NCBI GenBank assembly: GCA_016222815.1
Contig: JACRQE010000007.1
Location: forward strand, 3,073 to 67,072
Direction of reading: 5' to 3'
DNA length: 64,000 nucleotides
Source: Candidatus Uhrbacteria bacterium
Lineage (GTDB): Bacteria > Patescibacteriota > Patescibacteriia > 2-12-FULL-60-25
Notes under the pieces: generated by a model
Seen by the model: the letters and a program-made list of their open reading frames with translations, nothing else
Told to the model about the DNA's origin: nothing
The model's database searches: none
Program-made: the position numbers and the translations under genes
Shown here: piece after piece, positions 1 through 10,894 of the stretch
How positions within the stretch are numbered: position 1 is the first letter of the stretch
Layout of the letters: each line of letters starts with the position of its first letter

Positions 1-68
1 GATTTCTTTATCTCATCCTCGCTCGCCCCTTTCTCGACACCTAGGATTTTGTAATAGTCTTTGGACAT
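1..68 (-). CDS. dnaJ: DnaJ chaperone, 5' end only (runs off window start)
   Basis: Manual translation from ATG at 68: MSKDYYKILGVEKGASEDEIKK, a typical J-domain N-terminus; lies downstream of dnaK. Not in the ORF track. Confidence 0.92.
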   Translation of the reverse strand, partial: MSKDYYKILGVEKGASEDEIKK

Positions 69-90
69 TAGCTTTCTAGTTCTTAAACAT

Positions 91-172
91 TCTGTCATCC
101 CACGGCTTGACCGGGGGACCTTACAAACAGCAATTCAGGTAAGATTCCCCGGTTCAACCGGGGAACGACAGA
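91..172. repeat. REP-like palindromic doublet, (T/C)GTC-tagged
   Basis: Two near-identical 34-nt arms in inverted orientation (TCTGTCATCCCACGGCTTGACCGGGGGACCTTAC vs TCTGTCGTTCCCCGGTTGAACCGGGGAATCTTAC), each with an internal hairpin. Confidence 0.75.
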
Positions 173-178
173 TTCTAA

Positions 179-472
179 TTACATTTTATTTTCCTCTACT
201 GGCGGTACAGCCCGCTCATACCTTACCTTTTCCCATTGCGTCAGTGTTTGGTCCAGCATTTTAATCAAATCGCGGGCCGTGAAATGGTTCAGGAAGATAC
301 GTCCAACAAGCTGGGCAGGTTGGTTGGCTGCGTTCACGTGGCTGAAAAAATCGATGGCCACATCGCGTTCCTGCGAAGTTATCGAGAAAGCATTGGCGTA
401 ACGGCCCTTTAATTCGTCGGTTTCCCCATGAAGAGTCGTTTGCTGCTGCGGCTGTTGTTGTTCGTCGGACAT
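179..472 (-). CDS. DUF3467-like small protein (97 aa)
   Basis: MSDEQQQ...LKGRYANAFSITSQERDVAIDF; the GxYAN...F/DF pattern resembles DUF3467. Start moved to ATG 472 because the longer ORF overlaps dnaK and a REP. Confidence 0.65.
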   Translation of the reverse strand: MSDEQQQPQQQTTLHGETDELKGRYANAFSITSQERDVAIDFFSHVNAANQPAQLVGRIFLNHFTARDLIKMLDQTLTQWEKVRYERAVPPVEENKM

Positions 473-480
473 ATGTTTTT

Positions 481-529
481 GTAGGGGCAAGGCATGCCTT
501 GCCCCGGGCGACGCATGCGTCGCCCCTAC
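481..529. repeat. GTAG-family REP doublet
   Basis: GTAG-GGGCAAGGCATGCCTTGCCC-C directly followed by the inverted unit GGGCGACGCATGCGTCGCCC-CTAC; both are perfect palindromes with a GTAG tag. Confidence 0.85.
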
Positions 530-536
530 GAATAAA

Positions 537-2456
<1,920 letters not shown>

Positions 2457-2458
2457 AG

Positions 2459-2881
2459 TTATTTCACGTCAATCTTAATCGTTTTAGGTTTCGGTTCCTC
2501 CAGTTTATCGAGTTCAATCTTCAGGATGCCATCTTTGAATGAGGCTTTGGCGTTTTCCGTCTGCACGCCCGAGGGCAATGCCAACTGGCGCATGAACTGG
2601 CCGGAACGGATTTCTTTGCGGTAATAATCCTTCTCGTCGACTTCGGTCTTGCGCTCTGACTTGCCGCTGATGGTGAGGACGCCGTCATTGATGGAAAGCT
2701 CGACATCCTTCGGATTCACGCCCGGCAAAGCCGTTTCCACGACCAATGATTTACCTGAATCATAGACGTCTATCGCCGGCATCAAACCATTGCTGCGCGA
2801 CGGATTGCTCGGCATTCCGTCAAAGAACTTATCCATGCCCTCGAAAGGTTCAAAGAAAGGAGACCATTTGATGAGTGACAT
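2459..2881 (-). CDS. Hsp20/alpha-crystallin small heat-shock protein
   Basis: [33 protein letters not shown] motifs. Confidence 0.95.
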   Translation of the reverse strand: MSLIKWSPFFEPFEGMDKFFDGMPSNPSRSNGLMPAIDVYDSGKSLVVETALPGVNPKDVELSINDGVLTISGKSERKTEVDEKDYYRKEIRSGQFMRQLALPSGVQTENAKASFKDGILKIELDKLEEPKPKTIKIDVK

Positions 2882-2894
2882 ATATTTTATTGGT

Positions 2895-2940
2895 TGTCGT
2901 CCTGAGCGTAGGCCGTCAGACGGCCGTAGCCGAAGGATCT
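2895..2940. repeat. Palindromic repeat family GTC(A/G)TCCTGA...GAAGGA(T/C)CT, overlapping the grpE stop
   Basis: TGTCGTCCTGAGCGTAGGCCGTCAGACGGCCGTAGCCGAAGGATCT; same ends as copies at 3434, 12673 and 16924. Confidence 0.75.
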
Positions 2941-3500
2941 TTATTAACTGGTTTAGAGACGCTTACTCTCGCCGGACGCAGGAGCTTCCCATTCAGCCTC
3001 CAGCCTGACTGGATCGCCCTGACGACATTCCCTTCTTCGACTGTTTCCGACGGTTCATGCGCCACGGCTTCATGAATCAGAGGGTCGAACGCGCCATCGG
3101 TCGGGACTTTCTCCAATCCGATGTCCTTAAATACCGTTTCCCATGAACCGCGTACCGCCTGCAGTCCTGTTATCCAGTTCGTAAGCTTCTTCTTGTCGTC
3201 TTCCGGAAGGCTGGATGTGTCAGGCGTGAATGCGAGCGCCGTCTCAAACTGGTCAATGGCCGGCAAAAGCCGTTCCAGTAACCTTTCGTTTGCGTACATC
3301 GCGAATTCAGCCTTCTCCTTATCCGTCTCGCGTTTCAGATTCGCATAATCAGCCTGCGCGCGCTTCCAACCCGCTAGATAGTCTGGGCATTTGGCGCAAT
3401 CATCAGGTTCCTGACCTTGTGATTCTCCTTGCTTGTCGTCCTGAGCTTGTCGAAGGACCTTTTCTAGTGGTTCTTTTTCCAATTCATCGTTCATATTCAT
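2916..3500 (-). CDS. grpE: Nucleotide exchange factor GrpE
   Basis: RAQADYANLKR, FDPLIHEAV, QSGWRLNGKLLRPARVSV motifs; between hrcA and dnaK. Confidence 0.97.
   Translation of the reverse strand: MNMNDELEKEPLEKVLRQAQDDKQGESQGQEPDDCAKCPDYLAGWKRAQADYANLKRETDKEKAEFAMYANERLLERLLPAIDQFETALAFTPDTSSLPEDDKKKLTNWITGLQAVRGSWETVFKDIGLEKVPTDGAFDPLIHEAVAHEPSETVEEGNVVRAIQSGWRLNGKLLRPARVSVSKPVNKDPSATAV
3434..3460. repeat. Short copy of the same palindromic family inside grpE
   Basis: TGTCGTCCTGAGCTTGTCGAAGGACCT, read in grpE as VLRQAQDD. Confidence 0.7.
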
Positions 3501-4177
3501 TTCAATCGTTGTTTAATGGCCAGCATGAGCGCGCAGGCTTTGGCATAATCCATGCGCATCGGACCCAAGAATCCCAAAAACGTCCCGTCATCTAAAGTCA
3601 GCATGACCGAACCGCAGATGGAACCGAAAGGACATTCGCGCCCGATCATGATTGTCGGATCCATGAACGTCTTCTGCCTGATGGCCTGCAGCATGTCGTC
3701 CAGCTGGTCGAGTATGCCGCTGAAATTCACGACCCTGCTCCAATCCCCGAATTCCGGTTGTGCGAACAGCTGTGATAACCCGGTGTAATAAGTATCCGCC
3801 GTGTGGAGCCCAAGAACGACTGCATTGCCCATGCTCTCCGCCGCGAACTTCGCCGCTGCTTTGCTTTTTTGGTCATCCGTCTCCGCTATGTCGATGGCTT
3901 TTTCCAGATCCTGCAGCTCGCGCTTGTTCAAAGTCCGCTTATGCATCAGTTCCTCGACATAAAGTTTATAACCTTTTTCGGTCGGCAACCTTCCGGATGA
4001 TGTATGCGTCTGGGCCAGATAACCCTGTTCTTCCAGTTCAGCGAACCAATTCCTGACTGTCGCCGAAGACATCTCCAGCTCGTACTCTTCGACCAGATGC
4101 TGCGAACCTACCGGGTTGCCGGTCTGGATCACATCTTCGATGGCCACGGCCAACAGTTTTTTCAGGCGTTCATCCAT
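3497..4177 (-). CDS. hrcA: Heat-inducible repressor HrcA (short form, 226 aa)
   Basis: PVGS, SSATVRN, HTSSGRLPTEKGY and LGPMRMDY motifs; CIRCE directly upstream. Confidence 0.95.
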   Translation of the reverse strand: MDERLKKLLAVAIEDVIQTGNPVGSQHLVEEYELEMSSATVRNWFAELEEQGYLAQTHTSSGRLPTEKGYKLYVEELMHKRTLNKRELQDLEKAIDIAETDDQKSKAAAKFAAESMGNAVVLGLHTADTYYTGLSQLFAQPEFGDWSRVVNFSGILDQLDDMLQAIRQKTFMDPTIMIGRECPFGSICGSVMLTLDDGTFLGFLGPMRMDYAKACALMLAIKQRLK

Positions 4178-4179
4178 GG

Positions 4180-4206
4180 TTAGCAGTCAATAAATTTGAC
4201 TGCTAA
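4180..4206. promoter_or_regulatory. CIRCE operator (variant)
   Basis: TTAGCAGTC-N9-GACTGCTAA perfect inverted repeat, 2 nt upstream of the hrcA ATG. Confidence 0.93.
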
Positions 4207-4235
4207 AGATTAACGCGCCACTAAAAGCGCGTCAA
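4207..4235 (-). promoter_or_regulatory. Sigma70-type promoter of the heat-shock operon
   Basis: TTGACG-17 nt-TAATCT abutting CIRCE. Confidence 0.75.
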
Positions 4236-4277
4236 GGGCTTGAAAACAGCTCTGTTGATAGGAAAAAGTCAGCGTTT

Positions 4278-4808
4278 TCAAAGCCTATACATCCTCACGT
4301 TCCCGACTTCTTTTTCTGGGGATACCTCCGGAAAACTGAAAGCGTGTGAAATGATTCTGGTGCCAGGACGCAGTTCATTTTTCAACTTCGTCCATAACGG
4401 CCTCATCTTCTCCGGCATCCCGTACACGAAAACCACCTGCGTCATGTCAGGAAATCTGTAATGCCACAAATCAGCGCGGACGAACGTCGCCTTATCCGTA
4501 AGGTCTTTCCGCTTTGACTTGAAGTTTGAAAGCCAAACAAGCAGTGGGTTGATCTCCAACCCGACTGCATTCGCTCCCCTGGTCGCCGCCAGGATGCACA
4601 AATCGCCATTCCCTGATCCCAAATCCAAAATCGTCATCCCCTCTTCCACGTTTGCCAAATCCAACATGGTCAAAATCTTCTTTTTGCCTGAATGCACGTA
4701 CGGAGCGAACGAGATGGTCGCAAAAAGCGAATACACTGCATACACCAGCATGAATATCAAAAAAATGATGAGTGCCGCTTCAAGCAATGTCGCAAACCAC
4801 AGGTTCAT
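4278..4808 (-). CDS. Membrane-anchored class I SAM methyltransferase (FAM173-like, putative protein lysine MTase)
   Basis: N-terminal TM segment, APYVHS, DLGSGNG, GLEINPLL, ELRPGTRIISHAF. Confidence 0.75.
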   Translation of the reverse strand: MNLWFATLLEAALIIFLIFMLVYAVYSLFATISFAPYVHSGKKKILTMLDLANVEEGMTILDLGSGNGDLCILAATRGANAVGLEINPLLVWLSNFKSKRKDLTDKATFVRADLWHYRFPDMTQVVFVYGMPEKMRPLWTKLKNELRPGTRIISHAFSFPEVSPEKEVGNVRMYRL

Positions 4809-4820
4809 TACTTTATCGTT

Positions 4821-6059
4821 TTACTCATACCTTAAAGCTTCGATCGGTTTGAGCTTTGCCGCCTTACGCGCCGGAAAATAGCCGAAGATGATGCCAATAG
4901 CGACTGAAACCCCGAAACCCATTCCCACGCCAGACCACGGGACAGAGAATGTCCAGCCTTGTTGGTAGGCGGCAAGCCCCTTAAGTCCGATCCAGGACAA
5001 TCCGACGCCGCATGCGACGCCGATAAGGCCTGCAAAAACCGACAAGAGAAGGGCTTCGTAGAGGAATTGACGCAAGATGTCGCCATACAATGCACCAATG
5101 GCTTTCCGTAAACCAATCTCACGCGTCCGCTCGGTGACCGTGACGTACATTATGTTCATGATTCCCACGCCTCCGACGATGAGTGAGATGGCGGCAATCG
5201 AACTCAACAAAACCCCCAAAATCGTACCGATTGCTCCGGCGCGCTCAGCCGTATCTTCCTGCGAACCGATGAAGAAATCATCCTTCGACAGATCCCCTGT
5301 CGGATTATCGATACGATGGAGATCCCGCAAAAGCACACGGACGCGTTCCTTGGCCTCATTCGTAGCTACGCTGCCGGTTTTAACGTTGATGAATTGGATG
5401 TGTTCCATGTTGAACTCTTCCATCATGGTCGTGTACGGGATATAAGCCTGCCTGTCCAGGTTTGTGAAGAAGCGCGTTCCTGCCGGCTTCAGGACGCCGA
5501 TGACCTTATATGAACGCTTGCTTATTTTGATCGTCTTGCCGAGCGAATCTTCTTCGCCGAACAGGTCTTTGGCCAAATCCATGCCGAGTACCGCAATGTT
5601 CGCTTTCGCGTCTACATCCTCAAGCGTGAAGAAGCTCCCCCTGTCTACTTCAGCGTTGTACATCACGAGTCCGTTCTCGGCCACGCCTGCGATTTGCGAA
5701 CGGATGGTTTCGCTCGAATATTCGACGTTCACGTTATTGAACAGGTTGGCGCTGGCTAACCTGACCCAGCCTTGCTGCTTGAGCCGCTTATAATCCTTGA
5801 CCGTCAGCGTCTGCTTGACGACCGAGGTCGGCGGACCGGAGCTCTGTTTGCCGTCCCCGGAACCGCTGCGGATGATGAGCATATCCGAGCCGAACGACGC
5901 GACCTGGGACATGATGAAACTTTCCGCGGCATTGCCCACGGACATCATCAAGATAACCGACGAGATGCCGATGATGATACCGAGCATGGTCAAAGCCGCG
6001 CGGCTTTTGTTTCGCGTGAGGCTTGCCATGCTTATCTTGATGACGTCTCTGAGCAACAT
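4821..6059 (-). CDS. MacB/FtsX-family ABC permease
   Basis: LTMLGIIIG, GGVGIMNIMYVTVTERTREIGLRKAIGA, PIEALRYE. Confidence 0.95.
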   Translation of the reverse strand: MLLRDVIKISMASLTRNKSRAALTMLGIIIGISSVILMMSVGNAAESFIMSQVASFGSDMLIIRSGSGDGKQSSGPPTSVVKQTLTVKDYKRLKQQGWVRLASANLFNNVNVEYSSETIRSQIAGVAENGLVMYNAEVDRGSFFTLEDVDAKANIAVLGMDLAKDLFGEEDSLGKTIKISKRSYKVIGVLKPAGTRFFTNLDRQAYIPYTTMMEEFNMEHIQFINVKTGSVATNEAKERVRVLLRDLHRIDNPTGDLSKDDFFIGSQEDTAERAGAIGTILGVLLSSIAAISLIVGGVGIMNIMYVTVTERTREIGLRKAIGALYGDILRQFLYEALLLSVFAGLIGVACGVGLSWIGLKGLAAYQQGWTFSVPWSGVGMGFGVSVAIGIIFGYFPARKAAKLKPIEALRYE

Positions 6060-6063
6060 GTGT

Positions 6064-7302
6064 TTATTCCGCCCTCAAAGCTTCGATCGGGCTTAGTTTG
6101 GCTGCTTTACGCGCCGGCAAGTAGCCGAACAGCAGACCGATGGCCGTCGAAACTCCGGCACCCAACAGCACTCCCCGCCAAGATACGATGTACACCCAGC
6201 CCGGCGTGTAGTGGTTGATGATCTGTATCGCGATATATGCGACCAACGAACCGAAGATTATCCCAGCCAAACCGCCGACTACTGTCAGCATGGTGGCTTC
6301 GGCCAGGAACTGGCGCAAAACATCGCTGAATTTCGCGCCAATGGCTTTCCGCAGGCCAATTTCCGAAATGCGTTCCGTCACGCTCACGAACATGATGTTC
6401 ATGATCCCGATACCTCCGACCAGCAGGGAAATCGCGGCGATGGATGACAACAGAATCTGCAGTACTGACGTAATCTGGTTCACGGTTTTGACTGCATCCG
6501 CCTGGGTCATGATGAAAAAATCATCCTTGGTCAAATCGCCCTCCGGGTTGTCGAGGTTGTGTAGGTCGCGCATGATTTCCTCGATGCGCCGCTGGGCCTC
6601 ATCCAGCGGAATCGTGGTCTTGGCGTAGATGTATTCGAAATGCTCCTTGGCATATAGATCCATCATTGTCGTCGCCGGGATATAGACCATGTCGTCCAAG
6701 TTCTGGAAGAATTGCGTCCCTGCCTTGTTCATCACGCCCAAGATGCGGTATGAATTCGTCCCGAGCTTGATGCTTTTGCCCACCGCTTCGTTTTGGCCGA
6801 AAATTTCCTCCGCCAAAGTGTACCCGAGTACGGCGACACGGGAATGGCCCTCAATATCCGGATCACTGAGGAAAAAGCCGGATTTCATGCCATATCCACC
6901 GATTTCTATCTCATCCGGCGTCGTCCCGACTATGGTCACGTTCTTGTTGGTCCCCTGGGCCATCAGCATGTCAGTTTGGATCAAATCCGCCGAGACCAGC
7001 GGCAACCACGGACCGGCCTTGCGCAGTCGTTTATAGTCCTTGTAAGTCAGCGTCATCTCGACGAACGGACTCGGGTTATCGGTTATGGATTTTGGTCCAG
7101 GATGGACGATGAGCTTATCCGGCCCGAAACTCGAAAGTTGCGACAGTATGAAGGCCTGGGCCGCTTCTCCGATGGACATCGCCAAAATGACCGCCGAGAT
7201 GCCGATCACGATGCCGAGCATCGTGAGGAGCGATCGGTTACGCGTGCGGCGCAGGCTTTGCCAGGCGCTTTGGGTTAGATCGCTGAATGTCATACCGGTC
7301 AC
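6064..7302 (-). CDS. MacB/FtsX-family ABC permease (paralog)
   Basis: LLTMLGIVIG, GGIGIMNIMFVSVTERISEIGLRKAIGA, SPIEALRAE. Confidence 0.95.
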   Translation of the reverse strand: MTGMTFSDLTQSAWQSLRRTRNRSLLTMLGIVIGISAVILAMSIGEAAQAFILSQLSSFGPDKLIVHPGPKSITDNPSPFVEMTLTYKDYKRLRKAGPWLPLVSADLIQTDMLMAQGTNKNVTIVGTTPDEIEIGGYGMKSGFFLSDPDIEGHSRVAVLGYTLAEEIFGQNEAVGKSIKLGTNSYRILGVMNKAGTQFFQNLDDMVYIPATTMMDLYAKEHFEYIYAKTTIPLDEAQRRIEEIMRDLHNLDNPEGDLTKDDFFIMTQADAVKTVNQITSVLQILLSSIAAISLLVGGIGIMNIMFVSVTERISEIGLRKAIGAKFSDVLRQFLAEATMLTVVGGLAGIIFGSLVAYIAIQIINHYTPGWVYIVSWRGVLLGAGVSTAIGLLFGYLPARKAAKLSPIEALRAE

Positions 7303-8033
7303 TTCTTGAGTTCGTCCCCGTCCGAAGCTATAAAACGCTTGCTGACCAAATCGTCTTTAACCAACAACCCATCCTTGATTTTGATGATTCTCTCGGCATG
7401 TTCGGCCGTATATGTCTCGTGGGTGACCAGGATGATCGTATGGCCTCGCTCCCTTTCGAGATCCTGGAGGATGCGCATGACCTGTGCACCAGACTTCGAG
7501 TCAAGGTTGCCCGTAGGTTCGTCCGCAAATATGACAGGCGGTCTTCGGATCAAAGCCCTGGCGATGGCGACACGCTGCCTTTCTCCTCCTGACAATTGGT
7601 TTGACAGGTTCAAGGCTCGATGTCCCAATCCTACAGATTCGATCGCCAACATCGCCATTTCCTTCCGTTTTCCCGGCGGCACATCTGAATACAGCAGGGG
7701 CAGCATGACATTATCCAGTACCGACGTCTTAGGCAAAAGATTGAAGGCTTGGAATATGAATCCGACTTTTTCACCTCGCATTTGGGCCAATTGGTCTTCG
7801 TCCAAGGTCGAGACGTCTCGTCCCTCGAAGAAATATTTTCCGCCCGTCAACCCGTCCAAAAAACCCAAGATATGCATGAGCGTCGATTTTCCTGAACCGG
7901 AAGGCCCCATGATAGCCACGAACTGACCTTTCGGAATCATAAAATCTATGCCGTGCAGGACCGGCGTCTCTATGCCTTCGTTGAAATAGCTCTTTTTAAG
8001 TCCTTCTACTCGTATGACTTCATCATTAGGCAT
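7299..8033 (-). CDS. ABC transporter ATP-binding protein (MacB/LolD type)
   Basis: GPSGSGKST, LSGGERQRVAIARAL, FADEPTGNLD. Confidence 0.97.
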   Translation of the reverse strand: MPNDEVIRVEGLKKSYFNEGIETPVLHGIDFMIPKGQFVAIMGPSGSGKSTLMHILGFLDGLTGGKYFFEGRDVSTLDEDQLAQMRGEKVGFIFQAFNLLPKTSVLDNVMLPLLYSDVPPGKRKEMAMLAIESVGLGHRALNLSNQLSGGERQRVAIARALIRRPPVIFADEPTGNLDSKSGAQVMRILQDLERERGHTIILVTHETYTAEHAERIIKIKDGLLVKDDLVSKRFIASDGDELKK

Positions 8034-8058
8034 AAAATCGGTTCTCCTTGAGCTTGCA

Positions 8059-9900
8059 TCACGACCCGGTCTTTTCGCTGGCGATCACCTGGTCGCCTTC
8101 GGATAATCCCGATTTCACTTCTACCTTGCCTTCATCGCCCTTTATGCCGATGGTAATGGTCTTATCTTGCGGTTTGCCGTCCAAGAGGATGCGCACTGTT
8201 TTCGTTCCTCCATTCGCGGTTTTGATGGTCCGTAATGGTATGATCATGGCGTTCTTGACCTCCGCGGTCGTTACAATCACGTTGGCCGTCATTTTCGGTT
8301 TGACCTCTTTGCCTTGGGGATCTATCTGTACACGGATTTTATAATAGACCGCATCTTGGACCATTGTCTCTGCGGGATCCTTAGCTGTCACCGAACCCAC
8401 GAATTTGACCTCATCGCCATAAGCATCAAGTGTAATCTCTGCCGTTTGGCCGACGGAAATCTTCGCAATATCCGTTTCCGGTACATTAGCTTCGATATCG
8501 TACGAGCTCGTCCCCACCATTCGGACTGCCGTCGTATTCATCACAATTTGTTCCCCCACATCAGGCAGGACTTCCGAAACAATACCGTCGACAGGTGCCA
8601 GGATTTGGACATCCTCCAGGTCGTTCATGGCTTTTTCGTAGTTGACCTGCGCCTGCATGACTGTCGCACGCAGCGAAGCCAAATCTACAGCTCTCGGCCC
8701 TGCCTTTTTCTGATCTAGGCTGGCTTTTGCCGCATCTACCGCCGCCTGCTGCACGGTGACGTTTGTCTGTGCTGATTTTACCTGGACATCCGCATTGGTT
8801 TTTGCCGTATCCCAAGCCACTTGGGCCGTCCTGACTGCGTCCTGCAATTGCTGGACGGTCTGCGTTTTCGCGAGTTCTGAATTTTTGATGGTCTGGACAG
8901 CGCCTTCCACGATTGTCTTCTGCGAAGATACCGATGTCCTGTCCGCATCTATTGTCGTCTTTTTTGCCGTCAAATCAGTTGTCGTGAAATAAGAACTCGT
9001 CAGGCTGGCTGCCAAAACTTTCTGGACGTCGGACAGGTAAGCCTGGACCAGAGTCACCGCGTTCTGCACCAAATCCGCAGCAGCTAAAATCGCTTCCTTG
9101 CTGGAAGATGCAGTCAATCCCTTGACAGCTGTTTCGGCGACAGCCTTAGCGCTCTTAGCTGCAGCATACGAGCTTTTAGCCCTGTCCATGGAACCCAAGT
9201 CCAAGATGCCCAATAGGCTCGAGTAGTAAGAGTTAGCCGCCGAATTGTCCACGCCGATTATCTGGTCGCCGTCAGTCAGTCCGGTCTGCAAAGGTCCCAA
9301 AGCACTCAATAGGGTCGAGCGCGAGGTATCATAAGCGTTCTGTGTCGTTTGGCTTGCGATAGCATCCGCATTCGTAAGGCTGTTCTGCGCCGTCTCGAAC
9401 GAAATTTGGGCTACCGTGACCGCATCGGCCGACGTTTTCCTTATTGAATCCAAATCATTCAATGCCTTCTCCAAAGAAGCTTGGGCTTGTTCAACTTGGG
9501 TTTCGCTCACCCGAATCGATTGCTTCGTCTCACCCGCGATTTTCGCATCCAGATTCGCCTGCGCGATGGACAATGCCGCCTTGGCATTCTGGACCGCGAA
9601 ATGAGCATCTTGTGCATCGAGTTCGGCCAGGATATCGCCGACTTTGACCGTATCCCCGACTTTCACATTGACGGCACTGATTTTTCCGCTGTTCCTGAAA
9701 GCTAAATCAATCCTCTCCGCCGGCTTGATCTCGCCCGTGACTTCCACCGTCTGCTTCAGGTCTTGCTTGGCCACCGCTACAGTCTCGTAGGTCGTTTTCC
9801 CCGACTGGCTTTTGCCGTACCAAAGCCATCCTGCTCCTGCCAAAACCAAAATCAGGACGATGTAGGTACTTTTCCGTTTTAAGAATGTAGGTATCGCCAT
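8059..9900 (-). CDS. MacA/HlyD-like adaptor subunit with long helical region
   Basis: N-terminal TM, lipoyl half-motifs (SGKISAVNVKVGD; ILAPVDGIV), VPETDI, SGLSEGDQV. Confidence 0.9.
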   Translation of the reverse strand: MAIPTFLKRKSTYIVLILVLAGAGWLWYGKSQSGKTTYETVAVAKQDLKQTVEVTGEIKPAERIDLAFRNSGKISAVNVKVGDTVKVGDILAELDAQDAHFAVQNAKAALSIAQANLDAKIAGETKQSIRVSETQVEQAQASLEKALNDLDSIRKTSADAVTVAQISFETAQNSLTNADAIASQTTQNAYDTSRSTLLSALGPLQTGLTDGDQIIGVDNSAANSYYSSLLGILDLGSMDRAKSSYAAAKSAKAVAETAVKGLTASSSKEAILAAADLVQNAVTLVQAYLSDVQKVLAASLTSSYFTTTDLTAKKTTIDADRTSVSSQKTIVEGAVQTIKNSELAKTQTVQQLQDAVRTAQVAWDTAKTNADVQVKSAQTNVTVQQAAVDAAKASLDQKKAGPRAVDLASLRATVMQAQVNYEKAMNDLEDVQILAPVDGIVSEVLPDVGEQIVMNTTAVRMVGTSSYDIEANVPETDIAKISVGQTAEITLDAYGDEVKFVGSVTAKDPAETMVQDAVYYKIRVQIDPQGKEVKPKMTANVIVTTAEVKNAMIIPLRTIKTANGGTKTVRILLDGKPQDKTITIGIKGDEGKVEVKSGLSEGDQVIASEKTGS

Positions 9901-9902
9901 AT

Positions 9903-10154
9903 TTATGTCTTCAATAGTTTATCCGCCTCGGTAAGTCGCTTATGCATCTCTTTCATTATCGACTTCATTTTGTCTGCCGGGACCAGTATCAACGATCCGT
10001 TGCCGTGGTGGATGACCATCATTTTGGAGCCGGCTTTCAGATCGAGCATGTCACGCATCTTTTTTGGGATCACGATCTGCCCGCGCTCCCCCATGACCGT
10101 GATATCGAGCATGTCCGGCATTATCATTGATTTTCCGTTGCTTTTGGTTTTCAT
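9903..10154 (-). CDS. AbrB/MazE/SpoVT-family DNA-binding protein
   Basis: MGERGQIVIPKKMRDMLDLKAG signature; start placed at MKTKSNG to avoid overlap (uncertain). Confidence 0.88.
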   Translation of the reverse strand: MKTKSNGKSMIMPDMLDITVMGERGQIVIPKKMRDMLDLKAGSKMMVIHHGNGSLILVPADKMKSIMKEMHKRLTEADKLLKT

Positions 10155-10201
10155 ACAAGTATGATTCTGAAGACTTAACCATCCATGACGAATCTTGTCA
10201 A

Positions 10202-10870
10202 TCACCTGAATTCTCGCTTCAATCTCCCCAACCTGACCATAGCCATGGCTTTAACGATCTGGTAGCCCATATGCATATATTCCTTCAGCCCTTTCAGAAA
10301 ACCGACTTTCTGCATCTTGCGACGGATATGCAGTCCCGGCAGTTCAACCGTGCCGTATTTCAGATGGTGCGATCGGCAATAATAATTCAAAGCCGATTCG
10401 ACCATGAATCCCTGCAGGAATTTATCCGGAATATCCTCGAAAACATGTCTCTCCATTATCCTCTCTCCGCCGATAAGCGGCAAATATGCCGCCAGCTTCA
10501 TGCCCCATTTTCCGCGGTCCCGTATCCCGACGCACATCGCCAACTTCCCGCTCATCACCGGCTGCATTATCTTTTTCAGGTGCTCCGTACTTAAACCTTT
10601 CAAATCCGCATCAAGAAAAAACAGTATCGGCGCATCGGTATGCGCCACGCCGTGCATCATGGCCGCGCCCTTACCGTGCTTCCAGGGCATCTGATGCACC
10701 AGTGAGGCTCCGGCTGCCCGTGAAATCTCCGCCGTCCTGTCCGTGGATCCGTCGCTAATCACGATGACATCGCGAAAAAGCTTGGAATTCACCAAGGTAC
10801 TGACAATGGGCCCGATAGTCTGTTCTTCGTTATATGCCGCCACTATCGCCGCTACTGGTTTATCATTCAT
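10202..10870 (-). CDS. Glycosyltransferase family 2
   Basis: AAYNEE, SDGSTDRT, GKGAAM, FLDAD. Confidence 0.92.
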   Translation of the reverse strand: MNDKPVAAIVAAYNEEQTIGPIVSTLVNSKLFRDVIVISDGSTDRTAEISRAAGASLVHQMPWKHGKGAAMMHGVAHTDAPILFFLDADLKGLSTEHLKKIMQPVMSGKLAMCVGIRDRGKWGMKLAAYLPLIGGERIMERHVFEDIPDKFLQGFMVESALNYYCRSHHLKYGTVELPGLHIRRKMQKVGFLKGLKEYMHMGYQIVKAMAMVRLGRLKREFR

Positions 10871-10894
10871 AATTCATCTTCCGATTCAAACTGT

